Below are positions 36,562 to 45,597 of a DNA stretch of 64,000 nt, one piece after another. Position 1 is the first letter of the stretch, and every line of letters begins with the position of its first letter. The position numbers and the translations under genes were made by a program. The notes beneath the pieces are model-generated. The model saw only the letters and a list, made by a program, of their open reading frames with translations. It did no database searches and had not been told where the DNA came from. The DNA is from an uncultured Actinomycetes bacterium (GTDB taxonomy: Bacteria; Actinomycetota; Thermoleophilia; Gaiellales; Gaiellaceae): contig CAVSKK010000002.1 in NCBI GenBank assembly GCA_963728535.1, positions 7,390 to 71,389 on the forward strand, read 5' to 3'.

Positions 36562-36918
36562 TCAGCTCGCGGTTGCGTGCTCGATCGACGGCACGTCGTC
36601 CCAGAGCTCCTCGAGCCCGTAGTGCTTGCGGGTCTCGGGCGTGAAGACGTGGAGGACGACGTCGAGGTAGTCGGCGACGATCCAGTCGCCTTCGCGCTCG
36701 CCCTCGACCGCATGCGGGAGCAAGGGCTCCTCGTCCTGCTTGAGGACGTACCGCACCTCGTCGACGATCGACTTCGTCTGCCGGGTGTTTCCGCCCGAGC
36801 AGATGACGAAGAAGTCGGTGTACGCGCACACCGGCCGCATGTCGAGGATCACGATCTCCTGCGCCAGCTTCGAATCGGCGAGGCCGGCGATCCGGCGTGC
36901 TTGTTCCAGTGAGTTCAG
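36562..36918 (-). CDS. rsfS: ribosome silencing factor RsfS (iojap-like)
   Basis: ILDMRPVCAYTDFFVICSGGNTRQTKSI...GDWIVADYLDVVLHVF. The conserved N-terminal helix (LNSLEQARRIAGLADSKLAQEIV) is in frame upstream of the ORF-track GTG at 36852, but is reachable only from a CTG at 36918. Confidence 0.85.
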   Translation of the reverse strand: MNSLEQARRIAGLADSKLAQEIVILDMRPVCAYTDFFVICSGGNTRQTKSIVDEVRYVLKQDEEPLLPHAVEGEREGDWIVADYLDVVLHVFTPETRKHYGLEELWDDVPSIEHATAS

Positions 36919-37018
36919 AGGCTTGTGTGACCTTTCTGTGACACCCGGATTGTAACCCGAGGCGCGGGTGTGTCACAACGGCCACGGCCCAGCCGATGGG
37001 ATCGGTACGTTGTCTGGT

Positions 37019-37486
37019 ATGACAACGGATCAGAAAGGCGCCATCGCGGAGCTCGCGATTCAGCTATCCGCCACGAAGGCTGGGATCGACGTGTACAGGC
37101 CAGTCGCGGAAGGCGGACGCTACGACCTGATTTTCGATCTGGGGGAGAGGCTTTCGCGCGTCCAGTGCAAGTGGGCGAGTCGCTACGACGAGGTGATCAT
37201 TGTTCGCTGCTATTCGGCGCGACGGACGCGCGATGGACTTCGACGTCGGCTGTACACCGCAGACCAGGTCGATGCGTTCGCTGCGTACTGCGCTGAGCTC
37301 GACCGATGCTTCTGGCTCCCTTACGACAGGTTCCCCAATCAGAGCCAGGTTTTCCTCCGTCTAGCCGAGTCGCGGAACAATCAACGGCGGAAGATCAACT
37401 GGGCTGACGACTTCGACTTCGCGGCTACAATTGGCCGGCAAGGGGCCGTAGCTCAGTTGGAAGAGCGACGCGCTGGCAGCGCGTAG
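37019..37486 (+). CDS. PD-(D/E)XK-type endonuclease-like protein (group I intron endonuclease-like family)
   Basis: TDQKGAIAELAIQLSATKAGIDVYRPVAEGGRYDLIFDLGERLSRVQCKW matches the D...(E/Q)xK layout. The last 15 codons are encoded by the 5' part of tRNA-Ala. Confidence 0.65.
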   Translation: MTTDQKGAIAELAIQLSATKAGIDVYRPVAEGGRYDLIFDLGERLSRVQCKWASRYDEVIIVRCYSARRTRDGLRRRLYTADQVDAFAAYCAELDRCFWLPYDRFPNQSQVFLRLAESRNNQRRKINWADDFDFAATIGRQGAVAQLEERRAGSA

Positions 37487-37514
37487 GGCAGGGGTTCGAG
37501 TCCCCTCGGCTCCA
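37442..37514 (+). tRNA. tRNA-Ala (anticodon GGC)
   Basis: Acceptor GGGGCCG/CGGCTCC with the G3:U70 alanine identity pair. Anticodon loop CTGGCAG, T loop TTCGAGT. 73 nt. Confidence 0.9.
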
Positions 37515-37527
37515 TCTCTGAAGCCGC

Positions 37528-38496
37528 TCACACGGTGATGACGATTTTCCCCCGGGCGTGCCCTTCACCGAGATAGCTGAGCGCCTCAGCCGCTTTGCTC
37601 AGCGGGTACGCCCGGTCGATCACCGACCGCACCTTCCCGGCCTCGATCAGCTCCTTCATGACAACGAGGTCAGCCGTGTTGATCTTCGCGACGAAGAACT
37701 TCACCGTCTGGCTCCGGCCGCGTGACTTCAACATCGTTCCGCCGAGGTGGGGGAGAGGCCCGAGCCCGCGATAGGTCATCGGCCCACCAACCAGAACGAC
37801 GGTCGCCTCGGGAGTCAAGACCCGTCGGAACGCAAGGAACGAGCGGCTTCCCGCGATGTCGAGCATCAGGTCGTGACGCTCCTCGAGCTTCGTGAAGTCC
37901 TCCTGCGTGTAGTCGACGACGCGGTCTGCGCCGAGCGCTCGGGCTTGCTCCACGTTCCTCGTGCTGCAGACGGCGGTCACGTCCGCGCCGAACGCCTTTG
38001 CGATCTGCACCGCGTAGGTGCCGACGCCTCCGGACGCGCCGTTGATCAGAACCTTCTGCCCGGGCTGGACCCCGCCCTTGTCGCGCAGCGCCTGGAGCGC
38101 GGTGAGCCCCGCCACCGGAACGGCTGCCGCTTCCTCGAACGAGACGTTGGCCGGCTTGGGCGCAAGCTTCTCCTCGGACGCGCATGCGTATTCGGCCCAG
38201 GCGCCGGCTCCGGTGCCGAACACCTCGTCGCCCGGTTGAAACGACTTGACGTCCTTGCCGACGGCTTCGACCAGCCCAGCCAGGTCGCCCCCCACGTTCG
38301 TGTTGTTGGGGACCCGCAGCCCTGCCCCCATTCGTGCGAAGTAGGGCCCTGTCACGCCGTACCACTCGACGGGATTGACCGAAGCCGCCTGAACCCGGAC
38401 GAGCACGTGGTCGTCTTCCAGGGTCGGCTTCTCGACGTCCCGGAGCTCGAGCGCGTCCGGTGGCCGGCCGTAGCGCACGTGAGCGATTGCTTTCAT
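37528..38496 (-). CDS. NAD(P)H quinone oxidoreductase / zinc-type alcohol dehydrogenase-like (MDR family)
   Basis: MDR fold with the Rossmann motif LINGASGGVGTYAVQIAK. Confidence 0.9.
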   Translation of the reverse strand: MKAIAHVRYGRPPDALELRDVEKPTLEDDHVLVRVQAASVNPVEWYGVTGPYFARMGAGLRVPNNTNVGGDLAGLVEAVGKDVKSFQPGDEVFGTGAGAWAEYACASEEKLAPKPANVSFEEAAAVPVAGLTALQALRDKGGVQPGQKVLINGASGGVGTYAVQIAKAFGADVTAVCSTRNVEQARALGADRVVDYTQEDFTKLEERHDLMLDIAGSRSFLAFRRVLTPEATVVLVGGPMTYRGLGPLPHLGGTMLKSRGRSQTVKFFVAKINTADLVVMKELIEAGKVRSVIDRAYPLSKAAEALSYLGEGHARGKIVITV

Positions 38497-38534
38497 CTGT
38501 GAGTGACCTCCGGCTTCGAGTGGCGTTGAATACC

Positions 38535-38578
38535 TACGGTGTAAGCATACGGTGTAAGGCTATAACGTACAATGTAAG
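38535..38578. promoter_or_regulatory. three direct repeats tac(gg/aa)tgtaag in the divergent oxidoreductase/tetR promoter region
   Basis: tacggtgtaag at 38535-38545 and 38548-38558 (exact copies), and tacaatgtaag at 38568-38578. Confidence 0.5.
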
Positions 38579-38598
38579 TTGTCAACGCGTGAACGCTG

Positions 38599-39264
38599 AT
38601 GCCTAGAGAAACCGCGACCACCGAGCCCCGGCTCCCGTTGAGCCGAGAGCGCGTCCTGGGCGCGGCGATCGCCCTGGCCGACGAGGGTGGGATCGAAGCG
38701 CTCAGCATGCGTAAGCTCGCCAGGGAGCTCGGGGTGGAGGCGATGTCGCTCTACAACCACGTCGCCAACAAGGACGAGATCATCGACGGCATCATCGACC
38801 TCGTCGCGAGCGAGGCCGACCTGCCCGCCGACGCTCCCGACTGGAAGACCGCAGTCCGTCAGAGCGCGATCTCGACTCGCGACGCCTTCTTGCGCCACCC
38901 GTGGGCCAGTGGCCTCTGGATGTCGCGCCACGGCGGTCCAGCGCGGCTGCGACGTGGAGACTGGATGCTGAGAACGCTTCGGGAAGCGGGCCTCTCGAAG
39001 GACCTCACGTATCACGCGTACCACATCGTGGAGAGCCACATCCTCGGCTTCACGGCCCAACAGTTGAGCTTCCCCTCCAGAAACGAGGAGGAGTTCGCGG
39101 GCATGGCGGAGTCGTTCCTTCAACAGCTCCCCGCCGACGAGTACCCCGATTTCGTCGAGCACGTCAGGCAGCATCTGGAGCCAAGCCACGGCGAAGAGGG
39201 CGGTTTCGAGTTCGGCCTCGATCTCATCCTCGACGGACTCGAGAGGCTCCGGGACAAGGTCTAG
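38599..39264 (+). CDS. TetR-family transcriptional regulator
   Basis: HTH region LSRERVLGAAIALADEGGIEALSMRKLARELGVEAMSLYNHV. Confidence 0.92.
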   Translation: MPRETATTEPRLPLSRERVLGAAIALADEGGIEALSMRKLARELGVEAMSLYNHVANKDEIIDGIIDLVASEADLPADAPDWKTAVRQSAISTRDAFLRHPWASGLWMSRHGGPARLRRGDWMLRTLREAGLSKDLTYHAYHIVESHILGFTAQQLSFPSRNEEEFAGMAESFLQQLPADEYPDFVEHVRQHLEPSHGEEGGFEFGLDLILDGLERLRDKV

Positions 39265-39279
39265 AGTCGTCGGCTGTCG

Positions 39280-40503
39280 GTGCGGCTCTTCTCTGATCTC
39301 CGCAACGGCCCGCTGGGCCAGCGCGAGTTCCGGTTCCTCTGGCTGGGCCGTACGTCGTCGTTCATTGGCAGCGCGTTCGCAACCGTCGCGCTCGCGTTCG
39401 CCGTCCTGGAGCTCACCGGCTCGAAGGCGGACTTAGGCTTCGTCCTGGCCGCGCGGGCGGTGCCGCAGGTGATCTTCCTGCTGGTCGGCGGAATCTGGGC
39501 CGACCGGCTGCCACGGCACCTCGTGATGGTCACGTCGAACGTGATCAGCGGCACCAGCCAGGGCTTGATCGCGTTGCTCCTGCTCCTGGGCCATGCGCAG
39601 ATCTGGCAGCTGATGGTCCTCGCAGCGGTCAACGGCATGAGCTCGGCGTTCTTCTTCCCCGCCTCCTCCGGCATCATTCCCCAGACCGTCCCGAGGCCGA
39701 TGCTTCAGAGCGCGAACGCGATCCTTCGCCTCGGCCAGAACAGCAGCTGGATCGTCGGCGCCGCGCTCGGCGGGCTCGTCGTGGCCGCGACGAGCCCAGG
39801 TATCGGGATCGCCGTCGATGCGGGCACGTTCTTCCTCGGGGCGTTCTTCACGTCCCGCATCCGGCTTCCGAGCGAGCTGCGCATGGAGACGTCGAACTTC
39901 TTCGCCGAGCTGGCCGAAGGCTGGCGGGAGTTCAGCTCGCGCACGTGGCTGTGGGTGATCGTTCTCCAGTTCGGCTTCGTGAACGCGATCGAGCAGGGCA
40001 CCGAAGGAGTTCTCGGCCCGGCGATCGCGAAGGATCATTTCGGCGGCGCGGCCGGTTGGGGGTTCATCCTGACCGCCCAATCCCTCGGGCTCTTCGCCGG
40101 TGGGCTCATCCTGCTTCGATTCCGCCCGCGGCGGCTCTTGCTCACGGGCACGCTGGGCTTCCTGCTCACGATCCCGTTTCTGCTGGCCCTGGCCGGGCCG
40201 CTTCCGCTCCCGGCCGTCATCGCCCTGGCCGCGATGGCCGGGCTTGGGATCGAGATCTTCGGGATCATGTGGGACACCACGATGCAACAGGAGATCCCGC
40301 AGGAGAAGCTCTCGCGGGTCTACTCCTATGACGCGCTCGGCTCGTTCGTCCTTATCCCCTTCGGGTACGCCGTAGCCGGGCCGGTCTCGGAGGCAGTCGG
40401 GACGAGAGCGACGATCCTCGGCGCAGCGGCGATCAGTCTGACGGCAACGCTCCTCGTCCTGCTCGTCCGCGAGGTGCGGACGATCGAGCGCAAGGCTTCG
40501 TAG
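39280..40503 (+). CDS. MFS transporter
   Basis: 12-TM-type profile. FRFLWLGRTSSFIGSAF N-terminus and GGIWADRLPRH (MFS loop 2-3 motif). Lies downstream of tetR. Confidence 0.9.
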   Translation: MRLFSDLRNGPLGQREFRFLWLGRTSSFIGSAFATVALAFAVLELTGSKADLGFVLAARAVPQVIFLLVGGIWADRLPRHLVMVTSNVISGTSQGLIALLLLLGHAQIWQLMVLAAVNGMSSAFFFPASSGIIPQTVPRPMLQSANAILRLGQNSSWIVGAALGGLVVAATSPGIGIAVDAGTFFLGAFFTSRIRLPSELRMETSNFFAELAEGWREFSSRTWLWVIVLQFGFVNAIEQGTEGVLGPAIAKDHFGGAAGWGFILTAQSLGLFAGGLILLRFRPRRLLLTGTLGFLLTIPFLLALAGPLPLPAVIALAAMAGLGIEIFGIMWDTTMQQEIPQEKLSRVYSYDALGSFVLIPFGYAVAGPVSEAVGTRATILGAAAISLTATLLVLLVREVRTIERKAS

Positions 40504-40511
40504 GCTCCTCG

Positions 40512-40793
40512 TCAGCGGTAGCTGAGAACAACGGCAGCCACGAGGAGCGCGAGACCAGCCGCCCGAACGAGTGTCCCGGATCTCGAGCTCGGAGCAGGCT
40601 CGACCTCTTCGGCGAGGCCCCGCCGCTGGATCTCGAGGACCAGGAGCTCGTCGTCGAGCTGCTCGGCGATCCGCGCAAGGATCGTGAGCTCCTCCGGACT
40701 GGTCGTGGCCACTGCGTTCCAGGCGAAGACGCGCGCCTCGTCGCGCTCCTCCCGGGCGAGTGCCTGTTCGGCCTTGCGGAGATTCCAGTTCAC
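40512..40793 (-). CDS. hypothetical tail-anchored membrane protein
   Basis: 93 aa, GTG start, helical N-terminal region and a C-terminal TM segment GLALLVAAVVLSY. Confidence 0.45.
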   Translation of the reverse strand: MNWNLRKAEQALAREERDEARVFAWNAVATTSPEELTILARIAEQLDDELLVLEIQRRGLAEEVEPAPSSRSGTLVRAAGLALLVAAVVLSYR

Positions 40794-40825
40794 GGACCGC
40801 CTATCGGCGGCGGGGCGTGGACTCG

Positions 40826-41599
40826 CTAGCCCTCGGTCGTGAGGTCTTCGAGCAGACGCTCGAGCTCGGCCGGCTGGTCCCGGTGCGCCTCCCAGCGCCG
40901 GAAGAGCTCCGCCGCCCCGCGTCCCATGCCGTCCGGAAGCCCGAGCGAGGCAGCGGTGTCCGCGACCTCCTCCATCTCCGGCGCCCAGCGCCAGGCTTTC
41001 CCCGAACCGCGGATGATTCCCCTGCTCTCGACACCTTCGCCCGCGAGCGCGTCCTCGACGTTGTATGCGCGTGCGATTGCGTATGCCTGCGCGGCAAGCG
41101 CGACGCCCATCTTGTTCCAGCCGCCGAAGGCCATCTTCAGAGCCGAGGCCGCGCCGATTCCTCCCTCGAGCGTGATCGCGGCGACGTCCCCTTCCGGAAA
41201 GAGCGCGGCCACCTCGGCCACGTCAGCCGCGTCGCCTGAGAGATAGAGGTTGACACCCGTGCGGGAGATGACCGAGCCGTCGACGCAGCGGAGGAAGCTC
41301 GCGATCCGCGTGACTCGCGCGGGCGTGATCGCATTGGCCTCGACGTAGATCCCTTCGAATCCCTCCGCCGCGACTTCGCCTGCGGTCTCCTCGGCGATCG
41401 CTGGCGGGCAGACGCTGATCACGATCTCGCTCGCTGCCACGAGCTCGCGCACCGTGCCGACGTCGCGGAGCTCCGCGCTCTCGGCGCGCTCCGCCGTGGC
41501 GTCGCTGCGGCCCTCGCTCGCCCACAGCACCTCGCCGTGCACCGCGGCGCCGACGAGGGCGCCCATCTCGCCTGGAAAGAGAAGTCCAACCTGGCTCAC
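40826..41599 (-). CDS. NAD(P)-binding oxidoreductase (6-phosphogluconate dehydrogenase-like N-terminal domain / DUF1932-like)
   Basis: N-terminal GLLFPGEMGALVG dinucleotide-binding motif. 257 aa. Confidence 0.7.
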   Translation of the reverse strand: MSQVGLLFPGEMGALVGAAVHGEVLWASEGRSDATAERAESAELRDVGTVRELVAASEIVISVCPPAIAEETAGEVAAEGFEGIYVEANAITPARVTRIASFLRCVDGSVISRTGVNLYLSGDAADVAEVAALFPEGDVAAITLEGGIGAASALKMAFGGWNKMGVALAAQAYAIARAYNVEDALAGEGVESRGIIRGSGKAWRWAPEMEEVADTAASLGLPDGMGRGAAELFRRWEAHRDQPAELERLLEDLTTEG

Positions 41600-41697
41600 A
41601 AGCTGATCTTCCCACTGAAGCCCCTCACGCGAGGGATAGGCAGACGAGCCTCCCTGACGATGGTCTAGGCGAGTCGGCGGCCCGGCTCACTCCGCAC

Positions 41698-44583
41698 ATG
41701 GCTGCCAACCGCAAAAACCTCCGTCTCTTCCTTGCCGCGCTGGCCGCAGCTTCGTTCGCCGTCGCCGCGCCCGCTGCCCACGGCGCTCTGACGTCCCCGG
41801 TTCTGCTCGGCCCCGCCGCGGGTGTCTCGGTTCAGACCCTCCCGGCGTTCTCCTGGAGCCCCGTTCCCGGCGCCGAGAGCTACGAGTTCCAGGTCGCAGC
41901 CGATCAGGGCTTCAACTCCCCAGTCCTCGGCCGTGGCGAAGGAAGCTTCGCGACGCGCAACACCCGCGCGACGCTGAAGAAGACGCTTCCGAACGGCAGA
42001 TACTGGTGGCGAGTCCGGGCGACGAACAAGGACGGTGCCGCGTCGCCGTGGGCGGGCCCGCGCTCGCTCGTCAAGTCGTGGCGGTTGGTGCCGGCAACGC
42101 AGGCGCCCGTCTCAGGCTTTCCGTTCACCTTCCCGGTCAATCCGATCTCCGTTGGCTGGACGCCGGTCCCTTATGCCGCCAGCTACATGTTCTCGCTCGC
42201 GAGCGACCCCGCCCTCGCGAACATCGTCCAGAACAGCGGACAGCCGGTTGAGACCTGGGGGACGAACTACGTGCCGAGCTTCACGCTGCTGCCGTCGGGG
42301 ACGTACTACTGGAACGTCGTCCCGGTCGACTCGGAGGGCAACCTCGGCGCAGCGTCGCCGGTCTCGTCCTTCAGCTACTCGTGGCCGTCGGTGACGTCGC
42401 CGGCCGTGACAGATCTGGTCGCCGCGACCGAGTTCTTCGACCCGCAGTTCTCGTGGACAGCCGTCCAGGGCGCGACGAAGTACGAGGTCGAGGTCAACTC
42501 GTCGAGCGACTTCGCTCCCGGCTCGAAGGTCTGTTGCACTCAGCTCACGACCTCCACGTCGCTTGCTCCAACCGTCGTGTTCCGCGACAACACGTACTAC
42601 TGGCGCGTCCGCGCGGTCGACGCGGCGGGTAACGCCGGTGTCTGGAACCTTGGGTCGAACTTCGTCAAGACGTTCGACAAGGTGCCGCCGGTGACTCCCA
42701 CGAGCATCAAGAACCTCCGGATGCGCGACAACCTCGCCGACCCGGGCACCGACCTCGACCTCGTCACCCCGGGCCATCAGACCAACGTCCCGGCCCTCAG
42801 GTGGGACACTGTCCCCGGGGCCTCGAGCTACACCGTCGACGTCGGTCCATTCGACGGGACTAGCTGCAACTACGGCGGGAACACGGCCTGGCGCGTGACG
42901 ACCTCTGTTCCCTCTTGGACCCCGCTCGGCTCGGGCTGGAACGGCGTACAGCCATACCCCGTGGCTGGGATGCAGGTCTCCACTGACTCCACCGTCCTCC
43001 TGCTCAATCAGCAGTACTGCGCTCGTGTGCGGGCCAGGGGGGAGCGCGACGCGGCGCTCCAGGAGGTCTATGGCGATTTCACGACACTCAACTCCGGCGG
43101 AAGCGGATTTGCCTTCCAATGGACCGGATATCCCGCCGGCGGCGCCTGCAGTCCGTCTTGCAACGTCGGCTACCCGGGCTTGGACGACTACGTCCTGCCT
43201 GCCCGCGGAGCGCTCACTCGACTTACGCCGCTCATCACCTGGAAGCCGCTGTCTGGGCGCCAGAGCTACTTCGTGCTCGTCTCGAAGGACGCAAACTTCA
43301 GCAACGTCGTCGATTACGGCTTCACGCAGGTCCCAGCCTATTCGCCGCGCAACATCAGCAAGGCCACGACGTACTCCGACGAGACGACGCTCTTCTATTG
43401 GGCGGTCCTTCCGGCCACCAACTTCAACGGCAGTAGCGCCGCAAGCGATCCGCTCGCGGCAGCCGCGTCGAACTTCCAGAAGCAGTCGATCCCGCCTGCG
43501 GCGATCTCGCCGGCGAATGGCGCGCTGCTCACGGTCCAGCCTGTCTTCCGCTGGACACAGGCCGAGGGTGCGCGCCGCTACCGCTTCCAGGTTGCGCAGG
43601 AACCGACGTTCGCGGCCCCGCTCGAGGACGTTACGACCGCAGCGACCTCGTACACCCCCTTCACGACCCATCCTGCCGATACGACCCTCTACTGGCGTGT
43701 CCGTGCGGACGACGAGAACCTAATCGGGCTCAACTGGTCGCCGGTACGCACATTCCAGCGCCGGCTGCCGACGCCGACGCCGTCTGCCGGTAACCAGACG
43801 AGTGGCGACTTCACGCCCTCCTGGAAATGGTCGAACGTGACGGGCGCATCCGGCTACACGTTCGCGATGGACGGGCCGGACGGCGAGCACCAGGAGTGGG
43901 CCAACATGCGGACGCCCGCCACCGCATTCGTCTACCTCTTCGGCCCGGGGATCTGGCGCTGGCGAGTCCGCGCCGAGTTCCCGAAGACCTCCGGCTTCGT
44001 CACAGGCCCCTGGTCGTCTTATGTGCCCTTCACGCGCACGCTCGGTGAGCCGAGCGGGGCGACGACGAGCGTCTCCGGCAATCACGTGCTCCTCTCCTGG
44101 AACTGGAAGCTCGGAGCCGATGACTTCGACGTCCAGATCTCACAGCGGCCCGACTTCGCGACGACGATCGAGGACGTGACCACGGACAACACGAGCTACG
44201 CGCCGCTGCTCCAACACTTCTACTACGTCAACGGCGGCTCGTTCTACTGGCGCGTGGCCGCTCGCGACAAGAACTTCAACGTCGGCGACTGGTCGCAGCC
44301 GCAGCGGATCAACATCTCTCAGCGACTCCGCGTGGCCGTCAGTAGGACCCCTCCTCGCCGCCGTTGGAGTCGCGTCCTCGTCACCGTTTCGGACCCAATG
44401 GGGAAGGCAGTTACGCGCGCCTCCGTGCGAGTCACCGGGGCCGGGATGCGGCCGAAGTCGGGTCGCACGAATGGGCGCGGCAAGGTCACCCTCCGTGTCC
44501 GCCCCAAGAAGCGCGGAAAGCTTCTGTTCCGCGCGACGAAGCAGGGATTTGCTGCGGGCTCCCTGTCGATGCGCATCCGGTAG
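41698..44583 (+). CDS. large secreted protein with ~9 FN3/Ig-like modules
   Basis: Signal peptide, then recurring modules W-x-[PAT]-V-x-G-A-x-x-Y-x-[FV]-x-[VL]... Y[WY]W[RN]V[RV]A (for example FSWSPVPGAESYEFQVAAD ... RYWWRVRATN). Basic C-terminal beta-sandwich-like tail. Confidence 0.85.
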   Translation: MAANRKNLRLFLAALAAASFAVAAPAAHGALTSPVLLGPAAGVSVQTLPAFSWSPVPGAESYEFQVAADQGFNSPVLGRGEGSFATRNTRATLKKTLPNGRYWWRVRATNKDGAASPWAGPRSLVKSWRLVPATQAPVSGFPFTFPVNPISVGWTPVPYAASYMFSLASDPALANIVQNSGQPVETWGTNYVPSFTLLPSGTYYWNVVPVDSEGNLGAASPVSSFSYSWPSVTSPAVTDLVAATEFFDPQFSWTAVQGATKYEVEVNSSSDFAPGSKVCCTQLTTSTSLAPTVVFRDNTYYWRVRAVDAAGNAGVWNLGSNFVKTFDKVPPVTPTSIKNLRMRDNLADPGTDLDLVTPGHQTNVPALRWDTVPGASSYTVDVGPFDGTSCNYGGNTAWRVTTSVPSWTPLGSGWNGVQPYPVAGMQVSTDSTVLLLNQQYCARVRARGERDAALQEVYGDFTTLNSGGSGFAFQWTGYPAGGACSPSCNVGYPGLDDYVLPARGALTRLTPLITWKPLSGRQSYFVLVSKDANFSNVVDYGFTQVPAYSPRNISKATTYSDETTLFYWAVLPATNFNGSSAASDPLAAAASNFQKQSIPPAAISPANGALLTVQPVFRWTQAEGARRYRFQVAQEPTFAAPLEDVTTAATSYTPFTTHPADTTLYWRVRADDENLIGLNWSPVRTFQRRLPTPTPSAGNQTSGDFTPSWKWSNVTGASGYTFAMDGPDGEHQEWANMRTPATAFVYLFGPGIWRWRVRAEFPKTSGFVTGPWSSYVPFTRTLGEPSGATTSVSGNHVLLSWNWKLGADDFDVQISQRPDFATTIEDVTTDNTSYAPLLQHFYYVNGGSFYWRVAARDKNFNVGDWSQPQRINISQRLRVAVSRTPPRRRWSRVLVTVSDPMGKAVTRASVRVTGAGMRPKSGRTNGRGKVTLRVRPKKRGKLLFRATKQGFAAGSLSMRIR

Positions 44584-44599
44584 AGCCTAAGATCAGGGC

Positions 44600-45517
44600 G
44601 TGGATGCGCCCGTGAAGGTTGCCTGCGTGCAGGCCGAGCCGGTCATTTTCGACCGCGAGGCGACGGTCGACAAGCTCGTCGCACTGACCGCTGAGGCGGC
44701 CGGTCAAGGAGCCTCGCTCCTCGTCTTCCCGGAGGCCTTCATCCCCGTGTATCCCTCGTCGACGTGGGCGAAGGCGTTCGCGGGCTGGGGCGACGACCGG
44801 GCAAAGGACACGTTCGCTCGACTCGCCGTGGAAGCGGTCGCCGTGCCGGGCGAAGCGGAAAGGCGCATCGGCGAAGCCGCGCAGGAGCACGGCGTTTGGA
44901 TCGTGACGGGCGTGACCGAGACCGACCCGGAGCGTCCCGGGACGCTCTACAACACGCTCCTGTACCACGGGCCTGACGGCGCCCTCGCGCTGCGCCACCG
45001 CAAGCTCGTGCCGACGAACCACGAGCGGCTGATCTGGGGCCCGGGCGACGGCGGCGGCCTGCGCGCGCTCCCGACGGAGCTCGGCCGCATCGGCGGGCTC
45101 ATCTGCTGGGAGAACTACATGCCGCTCGCCCGCTTTGCGCTGTACGAGTCCGGGATCGAGATCTACATCGCCTCGACGGCCGACGACTCACAGGCCTGGC
45201 AGTCGACGCTCATCCATATCGCCCGTGAGTCGCGCGCATTCGTCGTCGCGCCCTCGCACTTCCAGCGCGTCTCGTCCTATCCGGACGACTTTCCGCTGCG
45301 CGACGAGCTCGAGGGGCTCGACGTCATCGGCCGCGGGGGAAGCGCGATCCTCGCTCCGGACGGCTCCTACCTCGCCGGCCCGCTCTACGACGAGGAGGGC
45401 GTGCTCTACGCCGAGCTCGACCCGGCCGTGCTGCTGGCCGAGCGGCAGCGGTTCGACCCGGCCGGGCATTACCACCGGCCGGACGTGCTGCGGCTGAAGG
45501 TCAAAAGCCCCGGCTAG
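44600..45517 (+). CDS. nitrilase-family carbon-nitrogen hydrolase
   Basis: Catalytic E-K-C context FPEAF ... HRKLVPT ... LICWENYMP. The start could be GTG 44600 or GTG 44612. Confidence 0.92.
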   Translation: MDAPVKVACVQAEPVIFDREATVDKLVALTAEAAGQGASLLVFPEAFIPVYPSSTWAKAFAGWGDDRAKDTFARLAVEAVAVPGEAERRIGEAAQEHGVWIVTGVTETDPERPGTLYNTLLYHGPDGALALRHRKLVPTNHERLIWGPGDGGGLRALPTELGRIGGLICWENYMPLARFALYESGIEIYIASTADDSQAWQSTLIHIARESRAFVVAPSHFQRVSSYPDDFPLRDELEGLDVIGRGGSAILAPDGSYLAGPLYDEEGVLYAELDPAVLLAERQRFDPAGHYHRPDVLRLKVKSPG

Positions 45518-45597
45518 CGCAGTTTCGACACGGACGCGTCACAGACGCGTGACTCTCTGCTCGCTATGTTGCCCAAGTAGACAACAAGGAGGCAGGG

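Noticed and set aside
42112-43671. 519-aa minus-strand ORF
   Set aside because: It is antisense to the FN3-like repeat protein. The sequence is Arg-rich nonsense.
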